Source of the DNA: Kudoa neothunni
Taxonomy: Eukaryota; Animalia; Cnidaria
Assembly (NCBI GenBank): GCA_964304625.1
Contig: OZ199838.1
Span: 4,551,354-4,615,353 of the forward strand
DNA: 64,000 bases
Direction of reading: 5' to 3'
Shown here: positions 1 to 12,289 of the stretch, piece after piece
Layout of the letters: every line of letters begins with the position of its first letter
Numbering within the stretch: the first letter of the stretch is position 1
The notes under the pieces: generated by a model
The model's input: only the letters and a program-made list of their open reading frames with translations
The model's database searches: none
What the model was told of the DNA's origin: nothing
Position numbers and translations under genes: made by a program

Positions 1-192
1 GATTTTATTGGTTACAGTGATTTTTATCCATCCAACACTGAAAGCACTGAGTCTGATGAATTAAATGAAACATTTGAAAATTTTAATGAATCTGACGAAG
101 GTTTCTATTTGATTAAATTTTATATATCTGTTCCTATTTATTAGACCGTTTACTGTTCATTCGTAATTATCTGATTTCTATGTTAATGTAAA
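1..192 (+). other. Partial 3' end of an acidic spliced ORF (possibly a transposase C-terminus)
   Basis: Frame 1 reads DFIGYSDFYPSNTESTESDELNETFENFNESDE, then a GT..AG intron (101-144), then RLLFIRNYLISMLM*. A piggyBac-like end (AGGG|TTAA) lies at about 682-689. Confidence 0.3.
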
Positions 193-1766
193 ATTATGAA
201 TTATTTTGAAATGTTAAAAAACTTTTAAACAATATTTTCTGGTTTAAATAAAATTACAGTTCGGTACACATAAAAAGCAATTGATATAAGAAACTGACAA
301 TGATGTTGGAATAAGAATAGAAAATCATATAATGATTTTTCGGTTTTATTCTAATTGGGGTTTATCCAGTTTTCTTGTAAATAATGTGCGAGTGAAACGG
401 AAATTAAAAAAATCTATTAGAATCATATTTAGTCTCATATTCAATATTCGATATGCTACCTGATACTGAACTTGTATTTTTTACAATTAGTGGCGAATTT
501 TAAAAAATATTTTATTTTAGTTCAAAAGTGTATGACCCCGAATCAGTGTGTAAAATATGATATTCAATGATAAGACATCTAACCGATTAATTGTTGTGCC
601 CTAAAATGATTAAGCTAATCCGACAGGGTTCTTGGAGCCTAGTTCAACCTCTTTACGCGACTGTCCGATGGGCGTCTACAAAGGGTTAATAATGAAACAA
701 ACATAAACTCCAATTGATCAAACATTAACATTTTATTTTTATTTTTCAAAAGTAAGAAACCAGAAATTTGAAATAAAGTCAATACTAATTGAAAAGGTCT
801 ACACAATAATATTACTCGGAAATAAATTGATGCCTATTGGTATGGATTAACGACTAATCGACAAGATTATAGAACCTAACAGTTATATTGGTTAATGAGA
901 TTAAAAAGCAACTATTTTGGTAGCATTTACACACATAATCTTAACATCTACATCGACTTAGTTGCAATGGAGTCTTTTTATTAATAGAAACGAGGTAACA
1001 ACACCGAAAATTAATCTTTCGAGTATCAACTCCTAATACTCGCTAATTCACACCCCTCAAACTAGTAAACATAAAGTTGATAAAAGCTTGCAGCAGGTTT
1101 ACACTATTTCAAAAAATATCAATGAAATTATAGAAGTAAGTCAGAAGTCTTAATTCAATATTAATTACGTTGCCGTTCGATAACTATCGTCAAGATAATA
1201 ATTTATGAAATAACAGATTTGTGATCAATATTCTTCCACGCTGGTTTGTCCACATTCCAAAACACATGTTTTTTCGGCCCCACGCTATATCTTTATGTTA
1301 AACATGTACTTATAATTTCATTTGAAATTATACGGCCTATAGTAAAACATTATTCAGTTTTAGCCCAATATCTTCACCACAATTAATCAGCTTAAACATT
1401 ACGGACATTTTGCGGCCTAAGTACTATTTTGTCAGCTCAAATTGTATTCATATTTAGAAAAATGTATGAGCTTTCATTTAATAATCATAACCTGCAAAAT
1501 ATACAAAATTAATATTTTTACGACAGTGTTAAATTAGCTAAATTAAAACATTTAAGTTTCCAGCGTGGTCTCAAATTAATCCTCTAAGCTGTGAAATGGC
1601 GATAGACTGTACTTATCACCACATAAACAATTAAATCAAATTTCAATCAGGCAAGTGTGTAAGCTAACAACTTAACAGCTGATTTACTTAAAACATTATC
1701 ACGTGAGATGAGTAGCGGCGATAGTTATTTACGCCTGTTATCGGAGCTCTTCGTTAGTTAGAGGAG

Positions 1767-3243
1767 ATGTCGCAAGCTACTGAGGTACCCCAGAATGATT
1801 CTACTGATATAGGGTATACTTTTGATAGCTGATCGGTATGTTGTAATATGTGGTTGGTTCTAGAAAGTTGGAGACTGCTTTTGAATTTGATGTGATTATA
1901 TTGGTGCTCGTTTGTTGATGCATAATGATTGAATAGGATTTAACATACCAGGTTGTAACTAGTTTTGATGAATTAGGTCTTAAAGAGAGTGTGCTAAGAG
2001 GAATTTCTAATATTGGGTAATGTGCTGTTGGTGTGACGAATTTTGGTGAAATTTATGTGTTATAGATTTAATCAACCATCACCAATACAATGTAGAGCAA
2101 TAGCTCCAGCAATTGCTGGTGCAGATCTCATAGCTCAAGCTCAATCGGGATCTGGGAAGACTGCAACTTTTGTTATATCTACACTTCAACGCGTGGACAC
2201 CGAGAAAAACAGTTGCCAAGCTATTGTCGTTTCACCAACCAGAGAGTTAGCCAAACAGATATGGTCTGTTTTTGATATTATTGGCAAATATATGAATCTC
2301 AAGTGCCACGCTTTTATCGGTGGTACCAGTGTGCAAGAAGACACCAACATATTGAGTAGAGGATGTCATGTTGTTGTTGGAACACCGGGACGTATCAATC
2401 ACCTGATTGAGCAGAATTGTCTTCTCACCGACAACATCAAAATGTTTGTATTAGATGAAGCTGATGAGATGTTGTCTCGTGGTTTCACCACTCAGATCTA
2501 CAACATTTTCAAGAATCTTCCATCAGGAATTCAGGTATTTATTGTCTGTTGATTCGTTTAATCATGCTTGTTGATTTACTTTGCAATTAAATTGGTCGAT
2601 CTACATTAACATCGCTGTTATAGATTATGTTGTATTCAGCTACCCTATCAGACGATGCTTTGGCTGTAACCAACAAATTCATGAATAATCCCGTTAAGAT
2701 TTTGATGAAAAAAGAAAAGCTCACTCTTGAAGGTATCAAACAATACTACATTGCAGTGAAAGACAACAACGCCAAAGTTGAGTGCATCAAAGATCTCTAT
2801 GGCGCTATCAAAGCATCACAAGTTGTGATTTTTGTGTCCCACCAAAAAATGGCCGAGAAATTGCACAGCATTCTCGCCAAAGAGGGACACGATGTAGCTT
2901 TTATGCATTCCGGTATCGACCAATGCTACCGTGAAGAGGTCATGGCCAACTTTAGACAATGCAAATTTAGAATCTTGATCTCAACCGATCTTATTGTATT
3001 TTTTGCTGTGATAAGTAATCTATTAATTTTTTCGTCTAGGCTCGTGGTATTGATGTACAAAATGTCTCCCTTGTTATTAACTTCGATGTTCCTACCCACT
3101 ATGAGACCTATCTTCATCGTATTGGTCGTGGTGGACGTTTTGGAAGACCAGGTCAAGCCATCAGTTTTGTAATTGAACAAGAAATTCAATTCGTCAAGGA
3201 AATCGAAGAGTTCTATCAGACTCATATTGCTGAATTCTGTTGA
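1767..3243 (+). CDS. EIF4A: Eukaryotic translation initiation factor 4A (DEAD-box helicase), 6 exons
   Basis: Introns at 1814-1863, 1892-1936, 2017-2065, 2535-2623, 2996-3039. Spliced protein has Q motif [46 protein letters not shown] and [10 protein letters not shown]. Confidence 0.95.
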
Positions 3244-3714
3244 GAGTGATTTCAACGTCATTCAGCAATAAAAATTTTCCCCTCGTGTGTTGTCAACACC
3301 GCACAGCTGCTCTCTGTCACTCAAATTATACCCTATTAAACCAATCATTCGTCTATATAAACGCACAGTATATAGAATTTAGAGTTGATTTTTCCTTATT
3401 TGATAAAATCATGATTTTGCGCATTGAACTCAGTTTTCGTTAAAACTATGTGTGGTTGTCTCTTTTGTGACGTGCTTAATTTGAACTTTGAGCTAATCTC
3501 CTCCTGCACGTTTTATTTTGTTGTTTTTTCTATCACATACCTTGTTAGTATCCTCGTTTGCAGCGGACTCGTATCTATTACAGTATTTCCCGAATATAAC
3601 AGTTGCTTGCCGGTAGAAGGTTTGTTGGATTATATATTATGTCTAGGTTTTGCGTTGTCTGGTGCTTTTACTTTTGTAGTGGGATTTAGATCCGTATTCT
3701 TAACATTTATATTA

Positions 3715-5454
3715 CCGTAAATCCTCGTGTATAAGCCGTACCCCGCCGTGCCAAACTAATTTTGTCCGTCATCCCCAATACATTCTTTCATCCATTTAGC
3801 ACACTTAATTTAACCTAGTCACAAGTCATTCGCCAAGTCTACGGTCCGTCGTCACACGCACGTGTTGGCTGACGGAGTTGCAATCCCACCAAAGAGTGAT
3901 CTCACCTTTGCAGAGAAAGTGTTACGCCTGTAGTAAATTTTAGTAAGCAAGTAACGAATCACACAGCACATTTTTAAACTATGCCATCGAGAAGGGCAAA
4001 GTACGACCCCGCGTTTAAATTGAAAGTTGTGAATGTGGCTTTGGAAACTACCAACCGAAATGCTGCTGCTGTTTTTGGCATAGATGAAAAGCAGGTTCGT
4101 GAATGGAAGAAAGCTCAAAATAGCTTGGAGATGATTCCACCATCAAAGTGTGCGAGAAGAGGAAAACAATGCCATTGGCCCGAATTAGAAAACCTCTTTA
4201 GTTGCTTGGGGTAACAGAAACAACATTCAAGTTGAGGCTATGAAGTGGTCCAAGAAGAATCGTGAGTTGTGTCAAAATTTCAAAGCTTCGCGTTGTTGGT
4301 TGAGCAGATTCATGACAAGAAATAAATTTAGTCTTACGCTAAAAAAACGAAAATTGCTCAAAAGCTACCTAAAGACTTGGAAGATGAAGTAATTTCAATT
4401 TAAACTATTCATCATAAAACATCGCAAGCAATCACAATTACTTTCTCAACAATATTAGAAATATGGATGATACCCCAATTTTTTTTGATATGATTGGGAA
4501 CAAGACGGTCAACAAAGTCAGAGAAAAAGAAATATGCTCGAAACCAGCCAGGCATGAGGAAGAACAATTCACTGTGATTTTAGCTTGTTTGGCCGATGGT
4601 GATTTTCGAGGGGAAAACATTCCCTTCAAAAGAAAAGTTTCCTCCTGGCATCGTTGTCCACGTACAAGAGCGTGGTTGGATGGATGACGAAGGGGATCTG
4701 AGGTGGGTTAATGGCATATGGTCTAAACGTCCTGGTGGCTTATTGAAGAAACGGTCGCTTTTGATGTGGGACAAGTTTAAGTCTCATCTTTTTGAACGTG
4801 TCAAGCGACGTTTGCAGAAAAATAACAGACATTGTTGTCATACCTGGTGGTTTGACATCAATTCTCCAGCTCCTCGATGTTTCCACTAAATAAACCTTTC
4901 AAAGATAGACTTCGAGCAATGTGGAACGAATGGATGATATCTAGGGATCACCAGGTTACTCGCGATGGAATACTCAAAGCCCTTTCTTTAACTATTGTGT
5001 GTTGATGAATTCTGCAAGCCTGGAAGGATTTGAAGGCCGAAATAATTGTAAAAACCCTTCAAAAAATGTTGCGTCAGCAAGGCAGTGGATGGAATAGAGG
5101 ACGATGTTCTATGAGAGCATGGCGAAGAAACCTCACCTTCTGATTCCGATGAATTCGATCCTTACAACGACAATTTTACCCCGCGAATGGAATCAAATGT
5201 TAGAGATTTCGCATGACAGTGACCAAGACTAATCGCCTCATTACTTGAGTACAAATGCTGGATATTTCCTAGTGTCTTATTGTTGAATAAATTCATTTGT
5301 AGCATTTGCGCTTTCCAAAGGGTACTTTAACCCCCCCAAACATAGTAACAAGTTTATAGATATAATTTTTAGGCTGCGTGTATAAACCGCACCTCAAACT
5401 TCTAAACAAAATTTTAAGGTTTACAGGTGCGGCTTATACACGAGGACCTTAAGG
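3715..5454 (+). mobile_element. pogo (POGK-like, Brinker-type DBD) DNA transposon with degenerate transposase
   Basis: TIRs CCGTAAATCCTCGTGTATAAGCCG.. and ..CGGCTTATACACGAGGACCTTAAGG, each flanked by TA. Transposase fragments 3981-~5200: MPSRRAKYDPAFKLKVV, NMDDTPIFFDM, LLMWDKFKSH, LQLLDVS. Several frameshifts and stops. Confidence 0.92.
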
Positions 5455-5911
5455 TAATAAGTTATCTCAATATGTTGCTAATGTTGAATAAGTCAAAACT
5501 AGAGTTTCTAAAGAGCGTGATGGGGGATGGAAAAGGTATGATTCCCATCAAATAAGCGTTGAGCGTAACAACGAGAGTGTGAGCGTGATGTGGCGTGGCA
5601 TGCGGAGTTACTAAAATGCTAAACGCTGCATTCGTTACATCAAAAACGTATTTATTAAGACAAAAATTAGAAAACTGTAGTCTTTAGAGTTTCAACTAAA
5701 AAAAACTAACTTCGATATTCCTCTCACACCCAATAATTAACGTAATTACTCCGTAATTTTCCTTAAATTTAATTTATATAAGTTTAAGTTTACAATGCAT
5801 TTAAAGATGAAGAAAACATTTTATTCGTATTATTCTTCGTAAAAACCCCTTTTTTATATACAGCGCGGTCGTTTATTAGCCTACTTCTAACGCCCAAGCT
5901 ATCATAATTTC

Positions 5912-6150
5912 TAGGGTTTTCTCGATACCGATACTGGCATCAGTACTCGGTACTCGTCCAAAGTTACTGATACTTAAAACCAATGTATAATGAAGAATAA
6001 TGTGTCAAATTACATTAAGATGTATTCATATGCCTTTAAATTGGCTCTTTAAAAATTATTCTTACATTTTAAAAATCTTTACGTATTTCACCATTGAATA
6101 GCACGAAAAACATACTAGGCTGGCAATAAAATATTCTGAATAAGTATCAG
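5912..6150 (+). mobile_element. Left end of an Ac-like hAT non-autonomous element (same family as 45800-48051)
   Basis: TAGGGTTT terminus with GATACC/TACTCG subterminal repeats. About 200 nt is clearly homologous to 45800-45990. Confidence 0.7.
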
Positions 6151-6368
6151 AAAAATAATAATCGCATTATTAACATTTTTAATTTAAATATATTTGACCA
6201 TGCTTACATACCAAGGTTTAATGGATAGTATCTCTCTTCAAGGAATTACGATTTAGAAATTAAAATGAAAGTGGAGCCGTTAAACACAAATGAAACAGAA
6301 CAAGGAATAAAACAGACAAATAATATATAAATGAATTACTCAAAATAATACAAATATTTTAGCCCTCC

Positions 6369-8652
6369 ATATCAGAATCGGTGGTAACCCGTGTGCGCGT
6401 GCGCCAAGCAGGTTCGCTCTAAAGCGAGGAAATCGCCCTGATATTCTGTAGCTGGCGCATTCGTTTATGTTTCAAAACAATATTTTCACGGCTATTTTAG
6501 TTTGAGGAATTTTTTCAGGGGTTACATGTCAACAATATTGATGTCAAAATCCTCAAAGACTCTAATCACCAGTCATAAATCATTAATTTTTAAGAACTAA
6601 AACATGGTTATTGCAAATTAGCAATACTTAAATGTTGTTTAAATACAAAACCAAAAAATTATCATGCGATTGCAACTTAGAATTATTATAATAAAAACAA
6701 GAATAATATGAGATTTACTATGATCGTACTTAGATTTATTAATGTACATTATTAGAATTTATGTTACGTCTTATTTATGCTATTTGGACCCCGATTAATA
6801 ATTTTAACGAAAATTATATTTGATGTGATTATTAATATATGAGTTGATAAAGGCATGGCAGAAATAATATGATTTATATTTCAAATTTAAAGTCTAGAAC
6901 ATTTCAATGTCTTCGTTAATTAATTCAAAAAAAGGAAAATGAGTAGTAAAAAGAGAAATAAAGAAAATTATTTAACCAATTAAATGCTCAAACCTTAAGA
7001 ACAATGCTATATAAATTATGGAATTACTAGAACCAATTTATTATATCGCGGAATAATATATTTAAGTAAAAGTTTCAACACTAACAAAATATACAAGTTG
7101 TGCTCGAACAAGAACAGACTTATAGAGTTTTTAACAAATTATAATTTGTTAAAAGATAGAGCCGGCGTATGTTACCAAATGTAAAACCGGTACAGTTGAA
7201 ACTGGTTGAAAGAAACAAAAAATGATTATAGATAAAGTTGCTTGGAGATGTAACAATAAAAAATGTGGGGAAATTTATTTCTCTTCGTAAGAATTCTATT
7301 TTCCGAATTTTCAAAGTTAAAAATTAAAGTATTTTTGATTTTACTCAACATTATATATAATAGTTTTAGACGATCTTATTATTTATTATTGGATCCATGA
7401 ATGTAGGAATAAATTCATAATATCCGATTTAAGGATTTCCTCCTTAAACACACTTGTGGACTGGAAAAAAGAATTTAGGTTCCTGTGTGGAGAAAATTCT
7501 CCAAATGAATTCCCAAAAGATTGGAGGTAATTATATTTTCTATTTATAATTAATATTTCGTTAGGTCCTGGTAAAATCGTCGAAATAGACGAATCGAAAA
7601 TTCGGGAAAACGCAAGTATATAATCGCGACCGAACTATGAAGGACAATGGGTATTTGGTGGTATAGAGCGAGGATCTCACAGTATTTTTGCCGTCCCAGT
7701 CAATAAAAGAAACCACCAAACTCTAATACCATTGATCAAGAAATATATTTTAACCTGGTTTTTATCTTAAATAAAAACAATATAACTGTATTTAGGTACC
7801 ACTATACATACCGATGCAGCGAAAGTATATAAAAAGTTGTCCTCATTAGGTTATCAACATCGCGTGGTAAACCATAGTGAGTTGCTATGTTGCGAAAGAT
7901 GGCACACACCACCTAACACTATTGAATCAACTTGGCGTCAGTTGAAACTTTCGTTACCGTCGAATGGAACGAGAAAATACTTGTACTCAAGGTTTTTATA
8001 TAGATAATTGATCAATTATTAAATTTTGACTTAGTTATTTCTATAAATATATTTTCAAACGAAAAATATCTGAAAAACAAGGAAGATCCCTTTTTGGAAA
8101 TGTTAAGACAATTGGGGACGACTTGACTTTTAAAACTTAATTAATGAACTATATTCTATATATGATAATTAAATAATTACTTTTGGCAATACGTTTGTTA
8201 TAACTGACGAAAATTCATATGGTTTTAATCCACATATATAATGTATTAGGAAAATTTTTTGAAAGCGTTAATTTCGATTATTTTTTTGAAGTTATACTTC
8301 ATTATTCGTTATTATATCAAAATAGAAAGTTGCTGCATGCCCAGAAAAAGTTACACAAAATGACATATATAAATTAATATCGTGCCCAGACGGTGTCTGT
8401 GATTAGATTGGCGTTAGCGGGCGCGGCGTGTGATTAGCAACCTCAAGTAGGTGTTAGTTAAGGGCAACGAGTTCGAACCCTGCTCTATGATAAACGCGCG
8501 CGAGCTTAAAAAAATAAACCACGTGGTGCACGAATTTGATGTATAATTGTGTCCTGTGGTCGACTGCGCGCTTCTAAAGTCGTTTCATTTTTAATTCGCG
8601 ACATTCATTGGCGCACGCGTGCAAAGGTACCACCGAATTCTGGTATCGTTCC
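6369..8652 (+). mobile_element. Merlin (IS1595/ISXO2-like DDE) DNA transposon with degenerate, intron-containing transposase
   Basis: Inverted termini CAGAATCGGTGGTAACCCGTGTGCGCGTGCGCCAA (~6373-6407) and TTGGCGCACGCGTGCAAAGGTACCACCGAATTCTG (~8608-8642). Spliced translation gives KIGGPGKIVEIDESK..EGQWVFGGIERGS..PGTTIHTD..VNHS..NTIESTW, the ISXO2 signature. Confidence 0.88.
8409..8480 (+). promoter_or_regulatory. Pol III type-2 promoter-like A/B boxes (tRNA-like segment) inside the Merlin 3' arm
   Basis: A-box-like TGGCGTTAGCGG at 8409 and B box GAGTTCGAACCC at about 8469-8480. No complete cloverleaf. Confidence 0.4.
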
Positions 8653-8805
8653 TATTTTTAGGGTTTATCGCTATTTGGAAATTACTTTTTAAATTAATGA
8701 AATTGGAGGGGAGAATTAAGTATAACACCGAAGATTTCTACTATAATTCGTTACTTTTAAAGTTTTAAGTGGAAGTTTAATCTACGTAGATTTAACTTTT
8801 ACGTG

Positions 8806-9310
8806 TTTTTTTGTTTTACAAGGTCAAACCTCTGGCGCAACTTGTTAGGCTGTGAAGTTCGGACTGGTTGGGTCTTCCCATTAACGCTGTAGGCACCGCG
8901 GGACGAAGTATGAAACCCCGCGCTTTATCCTTATGCCGGTAATGTGGGACTTTTAACCCACTAAACCATCCTCGTCTCAGGGCGACCACAACCCCACAAC
9001 CCTATCCCTTTAAGGGCATTGGCGCTGTGAGGCCTAAAAATTACTGGCCGTTTCGATGGGTTCCTGAGATTCCAACTCCTATTCATGTAAATTTGGCTGC
9101 TGGTGCATCCCGCCTCGCAGCGAGCGTACACTGTGACCACAGCTCCCAAATATGGGATAGAGACGCACCCGACATGAAACAGTAGTCTCGTCTGACCATT
9201 GGCGGATCCGAACCTATTACCGCAAGGTCTGAGCCCGAGTGTCACACCGATGTGCTTTCTGTCTTCGGCTCTAATCTTAGTCAAAAAAGAGGGACTCATG
9301 GACACTATTG
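8806..9310 (-). mobile_element. Retroposon 3' fragment (LINE 3' end or SINE) with structured tail and A-rich end
   Basis: Minus strand reads ..GAGGATGGTTTAGTGGGTTAAAAGTCCCAC..GCGCCAGAGGTTTGACCTTGTAAAACAAAAAAA. The last ~190 nt align with 63620-63803 (+) and 54329-54500 (-). Confidence 0.7.
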
Positions 9311-9922
9311 ATACTTTTTTGCTATCGTCGAACATTCATACGTATAGAGATGAAGTACAGAATTATTTTAAACGAATCAGTTTCAAAATATATGACAATA
9401 CTCTAATTTATTAGGCTCATTCTAGCCATTCTAAACCTCAAACATCTTGTAAGGTCAATTTATTCTATCCCAGTGAGTTCTGCAGAATGTAAAAGACATG
9501 TCGCAAGGGTCGGATTAGCATTGCAAAAGATCCATAATCGTTTAAAGTCATATCATTTTAAGAAGTTAGTTTTTCTCAGAGATTATAACTTTTCTAAATA
9601 TTTATATTAGTTGTTGAACAAAATAAAATATACGAAGGTTTTTTAGACATTGCACATGCTCAGTTCTTTCTATACGGACTATCCTAGGGTCGGACACGGA
9701 CAAAATTTTATTGAACGTTGTGCCACCCTGCCTCGCAGCCGTGTTGTACACGACCCGAAAATTAAATGCAGCTTTTAAGAGCATCAATAATAACTTGAAA
9801 AACTCAAAACGAAACAATACTTTTTAACTATAAAATTTAAACAAAATTTTGTTAAGAGAATTCGCGCAATAAAGTTCACACAAATACTAAGATATCTTAA
9901 AAATTCACGCATGCGCCTAGGA

Positions 9923-10887
9923 ATGTTTTTGCTAACAGGTGGTGATTTCGGAAATTATTTGTGCATATTTTTTTATTTATTTACAATCGCTTTAGAATTT
10001 CAAAGGTTTGTGTCTCTCTATGCCAGAGGGAATATTAGGGGAACGAAAATTAAGTAATGAATGTTATATCATAGTGTTGTTAAATTGGTGTTACAGATCC
10101 ATATTATCGCAAGTTCTTATGGATTTGGGATTGCTAAAATATATACGTAGGATAATTTTAGTTTGATATAAAATTGTTATATGTAATATGGATCTAGCTT
10201 TAAAAAGCATTCCATTTTTTTGAATCTTCCAAATCTTCATTTGAACCCTCGAACATGTACATGTTGTTTTTAGCGGAAAAGGCATACAACAAGTTGCCTA
10301 TCTCTGCTGAAAAGTATTTCAACGTCTGAAAAATAATAGTAATTTACTCGTTTTTCATAGTGGCGATCAAATTCGAAAAATATTCTCCCTAAATAACGCT
10401 AACAGAGTGATTATAGACCACATCATTTAAAAATCTTCTAATTCTATTCAATAATAGAAGGATATGAGAACACATGAGGTCAAAAATGCTCAACTCAACT
10501 ATGTCACATTGCTCGAGAAAACACTGATAAAAGTTCATCACGATATTGTCAATATAAAATCTCATTGTGTGTCAAACTGTGCTGTATTATTTTCTAATAA
10601 TAGTTTTTAATTTAAAAATTTACTGTCATTAATTCACTTGGTTACACTAGGACAAAGTTGCCAAAGTTAAATACATCCATTTGTTGGTTTCCAGACGTAA
10701 TCTCATGAGACAACTCAATTGCTGCAACAGTGAAGCATATAAACGGTTTGTAACAACCTACAATGTACCTCCATTAGAAAGCCCTACTAGCTCAAAATAC
10801 ATATTTTACGACTCAAAATATCGAAGATTTCAACCACCTAATAGGCGGCTAACTTTGGATGAGCTCGAAATGCATAGAAATTATTAA
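9923..10887 (+). CDS. MRPS15: Mitochondrial ribosomal protein S15 (uS15m), 7 exons
   Basis: Introns at 9939-9995, 10054-10096, 10147-10197, 10314-10360, 10407-10457, 10584-10650. Spliced sequence ..DQIRKIFSLNNANRKDMR..LEKTLIKVHHDIVNIKSHCVSNCADKVAKVKYIHLLVSRRNLMRQL.. matches the uS15m pattern. N-terminus is Arg-rich and presequence-like. The model needs one base removed from the T7 run at 10215-10221. Confidence 0.75.
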
Positions 10888-12289
10888 TTTTTCTGTCAAA
10901 TATGTGGCAATTATTTATATTAAAAACAACGCTTAATCAGAGAACTGTTTTTTCGGCGTTATGGAAACTTCTTATTCAATCTATATCTCATATTTGTGAT
11001 CCGAGCCAATAATAGGAACGTTTGTACAGATAAACCTTCAATGCTTTAATTTCTGACGACAGGCGTCATTGGGACGCAAAACGCATTTAATTTATTCAAG
11101 CGAATTTATTCAATGAGTCATTTTAAACTTCTTTTGTAACAAAAATTTTTACCGAGAATATTCGAGTAATAACGTCTAACACTCTTTAACATTATCGCTC
11201 TCTTATATTATATTCGCGAATTTTACCATCCTGTTGAATGTTTTACACACAGACAGCAAATTGAATGATTATCCGAGTAAATAGAATATTTTATAGAAAT
11301 TAAAATAATAAACCTAAAATATAATTTATTATTTTATGGAAATTTCCACTGATTATTACGCCGACATAATTACAAAGACAAATTTTGCATCGGCAATGTA
11401 GTTTATAGATTTTAGGTATGATGGAAATTATTCTTTAATTTATTTATTGTATTGTAATATTTTTTTAATTTAAATAAAAAAGAGATTTAGGTATATGATA
11501 TCTAATCGTATTTTACTTCAGTTAACCATATGTACAACCAGAATCTATTATTTCCAGTTATTTCTTATTTTTTCATCTTCATTTTGGTATTAACTGATTT
11601 TAACATTTTTCTGACTAAAATTCTACCAACGAACTCGCCATGCCTATCAATGATCTTGTGTTTTTAAGGGTGCTTAGATAAACATCGGTTTTTACTTGGC
11701 ACCCCGTTCCTACTCGCAAGATAATCATTTAATATCGTGAATAATATTTTACAAATTTTTAAATCCATTAGGGAATATTTGCGACTCCTATGGCCTTAAA
11801 TTGGTTGTCCTTATTTCATCTACTATGTATCCAAAATATATTATCCTTTATCTGTCTCTGTCGACGGGTAAGCATGTGCCGGAGGGAAATTTTTTTAATT
11901 AGTGTGTTTATTATAGATTTGGGAGGATAATACCATTACAAAAATTTGTTTATTCACTCTGGAGCACTCATATAATCAGTGTTTTTATCAGCAGTGATGA
12001 ATTTTCTATTTCCCTTATTAAAATAATGAATTGAAAATTACCTGCTTATGATTGATGGTTGTTCATTTTAGAGTGAAAATAAATTAAACCAAACTTTTCT
12101 CCTTAAATATAAAAATAATACCTCAATTCAGGTGCAGAATTCTCTAAAAATGTTGTGTATGCCGTGAGGAACAATCTTAAGGCGGATGAAGCAGCTAACT
12201 TCATATTTACAATGAATGTTGCATCTTACTTAAATTTTGTCGTATATAGCAATTTTTTAACGTATATATTTACTTTTCAAACACAATAG

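Noticed and set aside
2535-2623. snoRNA in the longest eIF4A intron
   Set aside because: No RTGATGA/CTGA boxes, and too short for an H/ACA RNA.
2926-3261. Antisense and overlapping ORFs in the track (2926-3261, 31479-31775, 55833-56123, 59762-60043 and others)
   Set aside because: They are shadows of real exons or transposase sequence on the opposite strand or another frame, with no independent motifs.
8961-9335. 124-aa minus-strand ORF as a protein gene
   Set aside because: It lies in the GC-richer retroposon body, where stops are rarer. At most its first codons may be an ORF2 remnant.
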